Below are positions 22,617 through 36,680 of a stretch of 64,000 nt of DNA, piece after piece. Each line of letters starts with the position of its first letter. The first letter of the stretch is position 1. A program made the translations under genes and the position numbers. The DNA is from Lingula anatina (lineage: Eukaryota; Animalia; Brachiopoda), in NCBI GenBank assembly GCA_051362555.1, contig CM120648.1, positions 2,085,721 through 2,149,720 on the forward strand, given 5' to 3'. The notes below the pieces were generated by a model. The model was given only the letters and a program-made list of their open reading frames with translations. It had not been told where the DNA came from and ran no database searches.

Positions 22617-24682
22617 AAAAAAATCAACTCTTGATTTTTTCAATATTCATCAATTTTATTCTTCCACAAATACACACTCCTAAAAAAATAGTCCATAAAA
22701 CTTTTTTTTTTTTCAGTTTTTAAATCATCCTATTCAGGTATAGTACTAATTGGAAAAATTTGATTAATCCATTTTGTTGAAATTTCAAGAGAAAGTCTTC
22801 TTATCACCTAGCCAGACAAGTACACAAGTAAATAAGTGGACACTTAAAACATCATTAAACTCACTTATCTTGTGCGTCTCTGCCGCACAGTGACCTCTTT
22901 CACCATTATCTGATAAGGTCGCCATGGTCAAGAAGGACGCACGGAAACAGTTAATACACCTCCGTCTTATCACTGGAGTGGGTTAGTGACTTAGCGTCAC
23001 CTATCACCCTTAGTTTCAGAGTATTGCGGCTGACCTGGAGAGAATACTATCTATACATCAGGGCTCCCTTAAACTTAAATCATAGCCTTGCTTGCATAGC
23101 AATGACAGTACTGATGTATATATATGGAATTTTATGATTGGTGTTGATGTTAGAAGATGTTAATTTTTGTTGTAGTGAGAAAAGTTGTCTGAATTTTTGA
23201 ATTGGTCTCTTTGAAATGATGAACTAAATTCTAAGTTTATTCAACACTTAATGTAGGTCTCAGTTATATTTATGGACTATTTTTCTAGAAAGCTTTAAGA
23301 TGATTGGAATTGCTAAGTTTGTATGCAATCCATAACGATATTCATAACCCATCAGCTCATTCTCTGAACTGACAGTTTAACAAGTAATTATATGATTTTA
23401 TGCCATTTCATGCCACTTTGTGATATGTAAGCTGGTCAGTGAATGAAAAAGATAATTTCCTTTCGCTTTAAAAATATGCATATATTAGAAAAATTATTTT
23501 CTTTTCACAATCTATCATTGAATCAATACATAATTTGATTTGACTTGCCCATTTTAAGTCATTTTGCTGTTACATTACTTACATGAGGATAAGCACATGC
23601 AATGGCAGTAAATGCATTGATTTTATCCATTAATTAAATATTCTGTTTGTGCAGTGTTGTTTGAAGTAGTTTAATGACTTCTCTGTAGACGAAAGAGTTG
23701 TTAGTAGTGGTCATTTATAAGATGTCTCAGTGGAGAAGGTTCTGGTCACTAGTGGTCAGATAGAAATTTTCCTAGACATCAGAGATGTACTGTAGTGTGG
23801 TGTATCTGTGTTGATCTTCTTGTGAGTTAAACCACTTGACATATGTGTTTTAAAAATATTTTTAAGATCAAAGATAAACAGTACGTTTGGTAATAATGGA
23901 AAAATTTGGGATAGGAATAGAAAATAGGGATAATTGATCCAAGACACAGAACAATTTAGATTTTACTCTGTTTAACTAATAATCCCTTAAGTAATCCCAA
24001 CGTTATGCAGCAAGAAATGAGATTGCTTCAGTTGTTCTGATGATTGTGTTTGGCTTTGGTGTCTCAACTAACACAACAGGAATTGAAAGTCATGGTCAAA
24101 TACCATTTCTAATTGAAGGAAATCAGACCCCTCTCCTCCCCCCTCCCAAACATCAACACAACACACACTTTTGATGATTTTTATAATTAAAGGTAGATAA
24201 AGTAAATGGATCGAGAAAAAAAAAGAGGAATGAAACCAAAGAAACACTAAGAAAAAACATGATGATAACAATAATAAGAAAAATAACAGTTGTGAAATGG
24301 GTGTAAACAAAGTATGATAGTTCAGTTAGGTTTTCCAATTCTTTCTTAAAATGTAGATTTTTATGAACTTGTTGTTGCTTGTAAGTACTTCCAATTTGTA
24401 CTATTTTTGGGAATCCAAGAGGTCATTAGAATCCACTAGAACACCATGCATGTACATATGTGTGTGATTAGGGAGGTTTAAACTTGGAGTAATTTACAGG
24501 TCCATGTCTTATGGTGACTCACGAAATTTAAACCTAGACAGGTCTAGAAATTGGAATAAAATAAATAATTTTCATTGAAATTTATTATTCTTACTCCTAC
24601 CTTATGCTTTTATGGTCCTTAGGTATTTAGCTTAAGTTCATCTGATATTAATAAATTAATTTTCATTTATTTATTTATTTGT

Positions 24683-24725
<43 letters not shown>

Positions 24726-27700
24726 TGAGGGGGGAATAGGGAATTCTCGGTGATAATCACATGCGATTTTCAAGTCTGCTTGTTGGTTGCATGTAACACA
24801 GTGAAACTTGTTCTTCCCTCCTTGCGCAAACTGCGAAACGTTTCGTGAAAGCTGGCCCTGGACTATTTTTTACCCTTTCGTCTCAGCGCCCTGGCCCTAA
24901 AACCACACATTGATCAAAAGCTGCCCCCCGTGACCCTGCCTAGTGCAGCGGCTCAGGACCCAGCTATTTATAACCTCTTTCTGAGAGCTGCTGGCTTATG
25001 GGAAGAAATAAATCTATTTTAGATGTCATTTTTCCTGTTTTTCAAAGTGTTGAGGCAACTTCAGACATCCTCAAAGACATGCTAGTACTGTAGAATTTAA
25101 AACCTCCTTTTACTTTGCTCGTTAGGTTTTAAGCACTCCAATCGGCCATTTGCCAAATTTATAACCTATACTATGGCTGGGCAATGAAATGTTGAAATAA
25201 ACTTATTGCTTTGGCCAATTTATCGTTGATTATAAATGATATGAGATATTTAGTTGGCTGAGTTTAATAGCTGTTTGGTTAAAACAATTTGTGTCAAGCA
25301 AAATCCAGCCAACAGATTTTTCTTTTAGAATGCCATTTATCTGTAAAATCTACGTGTTAAAAGGCTCATGGAACAAGTACCATATGTTACAATCTTTGAA
25401 ATGAGAATTTTATGGATTAGGATATGCATAAAATTAAGTACAGAAAAATAATTAGAAAAAAAAATACATTTGAAAGAAAATTTCTTTAGAATGTTACTTG
25501 AAGTTGTACACTGAATGTATTCTCACAATTTTGGTTTAATTTTTTTTTCAAAATTCTTATTGATTTGCTTCAGAACTTTGGTTTGATTTGTTTAAAATTT
25601 GAAAGGAACCTCACATCGATCAAACCCATCTCATTATATTACACCTAGTTTTGGAGATACGGAGAACAATAGAAAAAATCAGCTAAAATTAAAGGGAATT
25701 GGTATGAAAATATATGCATAGTACGAAAATATAGAACTGGCATCCATGACTCCCTTGGCTGAATGTTAGATTAATATAAATTTGCTGTAAATTAAGTTGC
25801 CCTTAATCTGTGTTTCTGAACCCAGACAGGTGTACCATACTGACTGCCTGGGGGGGTTCTACCTGTATGAGGAATATTGGGTTTAAATTAGTGTTTTTTG
25901 TCTGCCAGGCTGGCTTGCCTAATGGGTTTATGTACAAATAAAGTGTTTATGTGACCCTATCCGAAAAAAAAAAAATGAAGGTTAAAAGTGCTGAAGGAAT
26001 CAAATTACAAGCATTAGGGCCAGAAGATTGACAAAAATTTGAGATCTATATATTTTGAATATACTGAGTATTGCAGGTGTATAATTTAGTTTATAATTTG
26101 GCCATCAGATGGCAGGCCAGTGCAGTGCATTAAAAATGAACCTCAGTATTATTGAGCTTATGCTGTTACTTTCATGGATGTTTTTGGTGTTGAATTCTAA
26201 GTTGAAGTTAAATAACATGTTATTATTAGTCATATTATCTTTCAGATAGGTATTAAAATGTGAATAGAGTAGATCTAGCAATTTTTAACTTGGCCAAATC
26301 ACTACTCATAATAAGTTATTCATCACTTTTCTCCAAATGGTTTAAAATGGTCTAAAACAAGTCAAATCTATCTTATAATAGTAGTATTTTGTTTAGCCAA
26401 TTTAGGTCCGCTTTATCACTCGGCTATATAGGCGAGTGTTAGTGTTACCCCAGCTAAGACAGTGATCAACTAGTCAGTGACAAGAGCCAGGATTGCATGG
26501 CAGAGGCACATTTTGCTGGGTGACATGTCTTTGGCGCGTCACCTGCCTGACAGATTAAGATGTCAGGCTCTTAATTCCTGTCTTCACAAGTCAACGACCT
26601 AGATGTGTTCACTCTTTAATGAGAAATAAAATAGAATATCATTCAGATCGAGGGGAGAGGGGGTGCATATTGTAGGGGTTTTACTGTCTTTGAATTAAAA
26701 GGGAGCATTAGTACTTGACAAATCTGAGTTAGCTAAAAGATTAATTAAAAATAATAAGAATGGGTTGTTTTTTAACCAATTTTGTAAATTTATTTCGAAG
26801 AAAAATGAAAAATATGGGATGTTAGGAATTAAACCAAGAAAATTGGATACAGTAGAAGAGAAAATATACAATTTATTTCTCTCCTGAATTTTCCCTTTGA
26901 ATGTATATGAATGCTGTGTAGTCATGGAGCATACAGATTATATGGTAAAAGGTGTGACTTTGTGTATGATATAGAGAAAAAACAAAGGAGTGCAACTTCG
27001 TACAAACATAGATTCAGTATGGCAACCAGCATGCTTTAGAAATGGCACTGGTAAAACTGGTTTTCACATCCTGTATTTTTTTCTTTTTGTTTGTTCAAAG
27101 TTTTCATTACATAAAATTCCAGCTCTTTTCTATTTTTCTTACTTTCTTTTTTTTATGACAAAGGAGGTTACTGTTTCATGTGCTATAAACCACGGCAGTT
27201 TGCAGAACTGTCTGAACCTCGTAATGTTTACGTGAAAACCGGTTATGAGATTCACAGGGGTTTACTCCTATAGTGAGGTGGTTGAAAAATGAGAAAAATA
27301 GTAGTATTCCAGCTGAGTTACATAATACTGAGTACTGTAACAGAAGTATTACAGTCATGACAAAGCTGAATAAAATTCCAGTACGGTACTGATTAGCAAT
27401 GCTGATGGTGTGCTGGCAGTTTTTAATGAAAATTGTACATTAAATGTCCCAGATGGATTTACACCAACCACTCTGATATAGACATGATTTGTAGTTGTCA
27501 GCTTCCTACCATAATTTTTTTCCCTGTAAATTACTGCAAAAGTTTTTCAAATGAATTTTGGCTATGTAAAAGATAAATAATAATCATAAATGTATGCAGC
27601 CGAAATTCCATCATTGAATTTTATCTCAGGAGAATATTTTTGCGTGCAGTATCTAGATTTTTACAAGTCCTTGAGCCTGCAATAGCTTCAGAATTGTCAC

Positions 27701-28785
27701 TCTGATATCATGTCGGATAGAGCAGTATGCAGTTTTGCAGATTTCAAGATGTACTATATCACAATGATATATATTTAATGGGCTTATTTGGCAGACGCAT
27801 TTCTTAATCCAGTTCTTACGATTCCTGAAATTCGTCAAAGTTAGGTGTTGGGTCCCATGATAAATGTTCAGAGGTTTTTTAAACCTAGTACTTTATGTAA
27901 AAAAAAGACTAAATATCTACCTATTCAACATTTTGCTTAGAAGCTCCCTAGTCCCTGTTAGGTTAAAAAAATACATGAGTTTAAATGAAAGTTGCTTGTG
28001 TCTGACATATATTTAGGCACATAAAAGGGCAGACAAGGTACCAGGCACTTGTCATTTATATTTGATGTACAAAAAGGTTCCTAATATACTAGTCTGGCTC
28101 ATGTGAAACGCGGGGAAAACTTGACTATGACCAAAACATGAAATATTTAATGAACAATAAACAGACGATAAGCATTTGACATATTACACTGCACACAGCT
28201 TCTGTCAGCTCATACAACATTGAACAAAAAACATTCTTTTGACATCATTTTTGTAGAGAACTGTTTCATAAATTTTCACCAGGTTACCAGGTCCTGTAGC
28301 TCAAGCTGGAGTTAAAGATCCTCCTATCCCCAGATGACAGAGTTGATAAAGTTTGGCTGAAGAAAACTTGACACATTTAATTATTTTTTCACCAATTTAA
28401 TGGATCCTTTTGAGTTATTTATAGGGTTTGTTCTGTCTTCTGATGGGATGGAGATGAAGGCTAAATATGTTTGGCTGGCTTTATAGGGCAATTTCTTTTT
28501 TTGTCTTTATTTGCTTGATTCATACAGATAGTAATTCAGTACATTAGAGGGAACTGACAGTTAAATTTCATGAACAAATGAAAAATCTATAAAAAGCATG
28601 AAAACTCTCACTTTAAATAAAGAAGGAAGAAGGATAGAGAGATAAAAGAGAAAAAAACATAAATGAATATATATAGATGAATATACTACAAATAAATGAA
28701 AAGATAGATAGATAAATATAAATAAATAAATAAATAAAGCACATCTGCCATGCCTGAGTGGGCTGAACTCTGAGTGACACCGAAA

Positions 28786-28950
28786 GTGTCACCCCATGTC
28801 ACCAGGGGGACAAACGAGGGAGTCGGGGAAGTGTCACTATATGTCACCAGGGGGATGTAGGAGTCATGGGTAGTGTCACCCCATGTCACCAGGGGGACAG
28901 AGGAGTCGCGGGTAATGTCACCCCATGTCACCAGGGGGATGGAGGAGTCA
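28786..28950. repeat. Minisatellite, ~42-45 bp x4
   Basis: GTGTCACCCCATGTCACCAGGGGGA...GGAGTC units at 28786, 28831, 28873 and 28915. Confidence 0.9.
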
Positions 28951-30005
28951 CAGCAGCCAGAGGAGGAGATAGTCCAGGGTCAGGACACTGACAACAATGG
29001 CTATTATTATCTGGGCGGGGCGGCTTGTCATTGTCTGCTGCGTCCTTTATTGCTTGTTGACAGCCTACACAAGAAGGGAGACAATGACAGTGGTATTGGA
29101 ATGTTCTTGGCCCTCAGTGCCAGTGGTTTCAGTTTCTCTGTGCTATATTTAGTATAGCTGCTAGCTGGGGTATGAATATGATATTGTTTATTGGCGAGGG
29201 ATTCCCTCAAGCTTCTCTATCAGTCTGCCTTCGCGGTTAGCATAATTTTTAGCTTCCACTTTTATGAGATCTTTTATTTAACTATCAGCAGGAATATCAA
29301 CTATCTTATTTATTTATTTATTTATACAGTGAGTTTATAGGATGATTATGTATGTCACACAAAATTCAGACTGGATGTACAACAATTAATGTCAGTGTCA
29401 TTTGGTTTGACCGTCCAGTAACCGCTGTAAATTGTGTCAATGCTATTACCACCAGACATATGTCATATCATTTATTATATGTGGTCTGTCCTAATGGTCA
29501 AACTGAAATGACCACTGCCATATACAACTGTATTACTGGACCGTCCATTAAGCAGACAGTAGATTGGACAGCCCTTAATGGATTAAGTGATCACCTCCTT
29601 AATGTGGCTGACACCTGGATAGGTGTGAGTTTGAGAGAGTTTTGAAATGATAATCTTGATGATTGATGTTTGGGATTGTAGTTAATGTGAATGGTGGACG
29701 AGGCAAGAATCATTCAGAAGTGTGAATATGGCCAGGCTTAGGAAATGGCATTATACCACCAAGATCAGATTTTAATTCAGAGAAGACCCTGTCCAGTCAA
29801 AGGGGTGGCTCTATCTTTTCTGTACTCCCTCCCCCCCCCCACCCCCCGAGCCTATAGGCCTTACATATGGAGAAAAGAGTTTAAGTTTTTTTCACAAATT
29901 TATTGCTGTTTTAGCTCAAATTTTGATTGCCTCTTGCCTTGGTAAGATATAAGTTAAAAAGGTGGAACCATGCATCCTAGAAAGTCTTCATTTGTAAAAT
30001 GATGT

Positions 30006-30007
<2 letters not shown>

Positions 30008-30088
<81 letters not shown>
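30008..30088. repeat. (CT)n microsatellite
   Basis: Long perfect CT run. Similar GA/CT runs at ~1715-1754, 8155-8184, 50912-50951 and 52315-52372. Confidence 0.95.
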
Positions 30089-30091
<3 letters not shown>

Positions 30092-31566
30092 AGGATAATC
30101 GTCAACAAAAATAGTTCTTCATCTACGCCAAAAATGAATCCACATCTCCTTCATCACATTAGAAATACTAATAATGAGCTCCTATGTTTTCCACAAATTG
30201 AATGCCATATTTCTGTCATAATGCCATGATTCATATATATATTTCAATAAATAAGTAATAAAGAGCATCTCTGAGTCAAAGGCCACACTCTGTCTGCCTG
30301 GTGAAACATTTGCAGTTTGTTATTGTTATAGGAAACATGACTTTTGTGCACTAATAGACATAGGCATGAATATTTTCAGATTTCCTGACGTGACGTTGCA
30401 GAAAATACCTTGCCTTTATGAGAAAACATATATATATATATATAGTATTGAATGGGGTCAGTCACCGCTGAATTATCAGTGTCATAGAGATGGAGGTTAT
30501 GTGTTTTGTGACATTAAAGTATTTTCCTTTGTTTATTTGACCATTAGGTATTTTTCTCTATAATTTTAGTCATATTTATGATATGTTGTAAAAGGAAAAG
30601 GAATAGGATGAGTCAAATAAATTGCTTTTATCAAAGGTAATTTCTTATATATATTTCTTTTCCATAGGAGGGTAATATGATATAGTGATCCTTATATTTT
30701 CTTCCATATTAGGGTAATATACTTCATGGTCACTCAGTGTCCATATAACTTGACCGTCAGTGAGGAGGCAGGTGAGGTGAGTCCCCAGAGGTCAGAGACT
30801 GACCCCTGTAACCGACCCTGTTCCTCTTATCCCTTCCCTGCCTCCCTCTCCACTCATATTTCACCGTCCTGCCAGGTTTAATGGGCTTGAACCCAAAGTT
30901 AAGTGGCCAAGCAAATCAGATTATAGGTTTAGTCCAGTGAGTTAACTAACAGAGACAGCTATCAGATGGACAATCTGTGGCCAGGATGAGGTATTTAGTG
31001 TACACCTGTGACTGCTGACCTGTGGATATGTATTGAGGAACAGCTCTACAAAAGAACTCAAATTTAAGACTTTTTTCTTTTGTAGTTTGAAAATAATCCA
31101 GTAATAGTTTCTACAAGTGAAATATTGCACTAGATTTTATTAAAAGAAAGACTTGACCCGTGTTTTATATCAATAGTTACTTTATTTAAGTGGACTATAG
31201 ATATGATTTATCCTCAATAGAAATATAATAAAATTTTGGCTCTTTAAGTTAAGAGTTACTTTGGTCTGAAGTTATTTTTCCTAAGACCAGTTTGAAACCT
31301 TGATGATAAGTTGAATTGAAATAGTCTAAGATTTTGGCTCTCTTGTCTGAAATCGCAAATCTTGTGATTAATTTAGCCCAATAAAAAGTTTGAGTTAAAT
31401 GCTGAATAAGTGAAATATTTTCAAAGATTTGTGATATCTTTCTGTGTTTTTTAGTCAGTAATGTAATCCATTGATAAGACATTTAGGTTGTGCTATGGGT
31501 GAGATGTCCACTTGCTTACCATGAGATCACTTTGTGGACATAAAAATGAAAAAAAAGTTATTCATT

Positions 31567-31599
<33 letters not shown>

Positions 31600-34578
31600 T
31601 TATTGAGCACAAAGAAATGGTTTACATGTACAGGCTCTCAAACTAATACAAATTTATTACTGGTTTGATGAATGAAAATATTAAAATAACAGTTAAGTTT
31701 CTTAGCCTGGTATATTTGATAAATGAGGTTATCGGGTCTGTACACTTAATGTCTGTCAGACATACAGACAGACACACAGACAGACATGGTGATGTCCATG
31801 CATGGGGTCATTACTGGCTGTAGTGACCAGGGCTATGTACATGTAGAATATAGGAATATAGACAGTACAGCTTATCTGATTGAAACCAACCAGTTAATTG
31901 TGTATTTTATTATTATTTTATTATTAGATTATACATCGTTGTTGACAAATATTTTAAATGATACAATACCTATATATATATATATTGCAAATGACAGTGT
32001 CTCTTTGTGAGTGAGTAAGTGAGAGAGTGAGTGAGAGTGATTTTTATTTAGTTATTTATCAATTTTGTATTAAAAAAAAAAAAAAAACAGTAAATTGTGG
32101 TGCACCAAAGAGAGACATCTGATATGAGCATACTTCAACATGTAGCATGGATCTTGCCTTTCTTCCCCCCCCCCCCCCCCCCCAAAAAAAAAAAACTTTG
32201 TCTGTGTATGTTGCTGAAAGCATGAAAAAAAAATTGGTGAAAAAATGACGAACATTTATTACTTGGATTCTTTAGCAAAATTAACTGTGATGCATAAAAG
32301 TGAAACATTCATTTTGGGAATATGGCTTTTATCTGACTTCTTTTGAAAAAAAAATGCATTTGCGTGCACAATGCAAAAAACATGATAAAAGGGGGGATAT
32401 AATTTTTGGCAAAGTTTAAGTATTTTATTTTTTAGTTTTTAGTTTTAGTGGGCATTGATATTGTCACAGAAGTGGTTGAAAATCTTGAAATTATTTTGTT
32501 ATTTGTGGAAAAAAGACTTGGAAATATTCTTATGCCTTTGACAAGGTAAATTATTGTGCTGTAGAGATGAATTAATATATGATAAGACAGCTTGTCTAGA
32601 GAGAAATGTGTGTCTGTCAACATAGGAATTATGAAAGTAAATGCTGGTAAATAAATAAGTAGGGAAATAAGTTTTCAGTAGATTGGAATTGAAGAGAATG
32701 ACATTGATGAAAAATTATTCTTTTCGAAGTGGTGTGATTAGTTAGTCAATATGTGGGTGGGTCGATAAAAGAATCAAAGATAGAAATAAATAAATGAATA
32801 AGATAATTAATGCTTTGAAAAAGAGGAAAAAAGAAGAAAGGTAAAAAAAAGGAAAAAAATATTCAGAAAAATGTATAAAAAATTCAAGAGGAAACTGAGG
32901 CAGTGATATATGGCTGAAAATAATTTATTTTGATTCTTTTGTTGGTGGATTTGCAGTGATATATGTCTTCTTTCTACTACAACAATGCTCTTTCCTTATC
33001 TGACTTTCTGAAAAATTGTTTCGGTAATGTGTTGGTGCAAGATGGATCTGATAACTAAAAAAAACTTCTTGAAAAGAAATCACATAAATGCTTGTGGGAG
33101 ATTACTAAGATGCTTTCTCTGATAAGTTTGAAAAAGAGATGTCAGAAATATCCCCTGTCAAATAAATGAGAGAAAAAGTACTATCATTTCATCCTATATC
33201 CCCCTGCCCCTCATTACTGGGTTTTGAAATTATGCTTGAGGTTTAACTTGAAAAATGTAAGATGATCATGAAGAGATAGAGCAGCTGCATCAGCTATATA
33301 TGCCAGTGCTGAAATCATCTTTGTTAGTTATCTCGATTTTATATAAATATTTCTTATAATTTATATTATTAGTTTACCTGTTTAATGTGTTTAAATTGTA
33401 CTTTGAGCATTATGAATTGAAAGTTTAAAAAAATCTTTTAAACATGGTTGTCTTGTAATTAATAACATTAGTTGCCTTCTATTTATAAAACTTTTGTTGT
33501 GCAGTACAAATAGACTAAAAGAAAGTGAATTCATAGTTTAAAATCTCCAGTCCGCACAATACTCCTTACCATAATGCTTTACAACGATGGCAGTTCAGTG
33601 GTGAACAAGAAATCTGACTGATTTAGGGTCGTGAACTCACTGTTTACCGGATAAAGAAGTAATCAAACAACGTTAAATTAATCTAATCTATAAACATACC
33701 AGGCTGATATCTCAGTCGGCAGTAATGTCTTTAGGCGGGGGCAGGTTAAGGGTGGGGCATACACCACTACACATTGATAATGCTGAACTGAAATCTATAT
33801 ATGAATTATAAAGATTATGTACTGGTATGGTAATTGGAAGGAGCAATTGAAAAAAAAAAACATTTAATTTGAAATAGAAATAGATGCCTCGGCCTTTTTT
33901 TTGTCAAAATTAGCAGCATTGTTGCCCTGAGATATGGATTATGTAGATTATGTGCTGGTGGGATAATAGATAGATTGTAAAAGCCTGGTTTATGTGACTG
34001 ATATTATTTTTAAAGTCGTATACCAAAGCTGATGGCTTGAAATCCCACATAACAAAGGCAGAATTCTTTGGTTGCTAAAAATATTTACCCATTGAAGAAT
34101 TCATCAATAAAACGTGTGATACAGGAAGGAAATTTCTTGTTTTATGTTTTTCAGATTAAAAAAGAATGAAGAATGTGGATTTTTTTCTGTTTGATGTATT
34201 TGTTGAGATTTGTTTCATCACTAAGAAGTGCACTTAATAGAAGCGTTACTAGTACAAGTTAGCATTGTTCTGTTTGATCAAGAATAGAAATCTTTGATTG
34301 CTGATAGGAGAAAGCAGATTGTACTGAATAATCATTTTTACCTTATAGTAAATTACAGGTTGTGACTGAGCTTTTTAGATCAAGAAGCTGAAAATCTGTT
34401 TAACTCCCCAAATTTTGCCTTAAAACCGTCATGTTATGTAGCATTCCCCCAGAAATCAGTTCGGTAGACTTTTTTTCCCCTGGGCTCTATTCAGACTGCA
34501 CAGCTGGCTATGCTTTGCAGGTTTCTTTTACTTACACACTGACAAATTATTAGAATTAGCCTTGCATCAACAACTGTT

Positions 34579-34740
34579 GTTCTGCTACAATGTAACAATC
34601 TCCCTGCTATTATATATATGTTCTGTTACAATGTAACAATCTCTCTGCTATTATATATATGTTCTGTGACAATGTAACAATCTCCCTGCTATTATATATA
34701 TGTTCTGCTATAATGTAACAATCCCCCTGTTATTATAAAT
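34579..34740. repeat. Minisatellite, 41 bp x4
   Basis: GTTCTGCTACAATGTAACAATCTCCCTGCTATTATATATAT repeated. Confidence 0.92.
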
Positions 34741-36568
34741 GTCTGTCCTGGGTCATATGCTAAAGTGTGGTGCATGTGAACAACTTTTGTCGCCACTGTA
34801 GATGTTGATGGCTCTAATAAATATTCCCAGATAGGTGAATTATGTGTGTGCTATATATATTTTAATGACAGAAATATGATATTGCATCATTGTAAAAAAA
34901 TAATGATAATAAAATAACAAAAAAATAAATAAATAAAATAATAAAATAATGATAATAAAATATATAAAAGTAGACTATACTGCTGTGTGATATTTATTTG
35001 AATAAAAGAAGTCTCACGTCTACATAATTACATCTGTGAAGAGAAGAAAAGAAAAAAATTAGATTTGGCTGTGCTAAAGTTGAAACTTCTAATCTTTTAT
35101 AATTTTATATAAAAAAAAAGAAAAGGTGGCCAACCCGCATACTGGGTATGAATTACACTGCGGGGCATTCTGTTAATGGGAAAGACCTGGCAAACCTGTC
35201 ATTTGTGTGGGGCTGTATATGGTGAGGGCTGTATAAAGTGTCATGGACACACTGGGGGGAGATCTACAGTCCCCTCTCATCACCTTGTCAGATGTTTGCT
35301 GAAGTCACAGACACTGTTGTGGAATTCCTGAGATAATAACCCTAATTTCATTTTTTAAGAATTTTTTTTCTTCTTTTTCTGCAAAGTTTGTAAGTTGGCT
35401 TAATAATTAAGTTGTTTTAAGTGGAATGTAGAAATTTGGCCCAAATTAGTATCAAAGATTTTAAGATCTCAGAAGTGTTGGCTTTTCGTATCCATAGTGA
35501 ATTATTTCAAAGGGTGAATTGGACTTGGAGAGAATTGGGTTCCCATTTAAAAATGTTTCTGTTAGTGAGCTCAATGTCGGCACAGGCGCCTGTGTTAGAG
35601 GGTACGTTCTCAGTCTACAGGCCATATCCTTTTTTTATTGCCTACCTTATAATTCAGAACGACAAACAACCCAAGCACCATAATAGCAGGCTGGAAAATT
35701 ATCTGCAGCTGCATTATGATTGGGCACTGGGTTGGAAACAAGGGAAGGTCAGGGGTCAGGATGAGGTCAGAGGTCAATCTTCCCATCACACTGTTGCCAT
35801 ATGAACGCATGCTGAATCATCTAGCAAACAGTTCACTTGAAGAGGGTTGTTTGCCAGCGTGTTGTGTTGTGTGTGCCGAGAGGTTAAGGAGGAAAGGGAG
35901 ATAAAACCTGCTTGATGAAAGATTCCACGCCCACGCCTATCAGCACACCAGATGCTAGGGGCACTGGACAATATTTCGGCGGGAAACGTCAGCAGCCTGA
36001 GGAGGGCACAGTGACTGCCTGGTGACTCAAGACTGTGAATGGATTTTTTTCCTCCTCTTTTTCTCTTCTTCTTTGGAATGAACTTAAAGCATACGGTATA
36101 ACTGCATATTGAGTTTCTTGAACATTTTTTTCCCACCATTTAATAATTATTTTGACTGGCAGCAGCAGAGAGAACTGTGGGTGCACGGAAGAATGGGACA
36201 TTTTGCTTTGATTCCGAAAGTGCTACCACATGCATGTACGAGGCACAGGACTTATAACCGGAGAAATGGTCAAACTGACCACACTTGAAAACTCCTGGTA
36301 AAGTGGCCACTGTCCACAGGAGGAACAGTGAAGCAAAGGTGGACAGGCAGTGGTTAGTGTGTCATTGGTCAAGATGTTTAGTAGTCCTCTGATAAACCTA
36401 AGAGATTTGGCAGACTGGTGATTCTGTCATGTTATAGATATAGAGGTATTTAGATAGCTACAGTAGATACTAGACAGAAAGACAGGCAGGCAGACAGTCA
36501 GATGAATGGACAAAATATTGAGTAGTCTTTGGTTTGCAAGTCGGCTTCCAAAATTCTCAGTAGCCATT

Positions 36569-36680
36569 ATTGATGACCATCAGATAAATGACCGTAAGAT
36601 AGATGACCATAGGTTAGATGGCCACAGAATAATAGATGACCACAGAGAGAATGATGAACGTGGACTTAGTTATGACCATT
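36569..36680. repeat. Degenerate ~15-bp tandem repeat (GATGACCAT core)
   Basis: ATGACCAT/ATGACCGT/ATGGCCAC/ATGACCAC recur at ~15-nt spacing; this explains the DDH repeats in a spurious ORF. Confidence 0.6.

Noticed and set aside
24735-24862. MITE-like end (...TTTCGTGAAAGCTGGCCCTGG)
   Set aside because: Only one putative terminus visible; no matching inverted repeat found in the window.
25949-27858. Possible terminal inverted repeat pair ATGTGACCCTATCCGA / TCGGATAG or GGTCCCAT
   Set aside because: Matches are only ~8 bp and inconsistent; could be chance or a highly decayed element.
28686-29157. ORFs with repeated VTWGD / SPHVTRG peptides
   Set aside because: They are translations of the 42-bp minisatellite.
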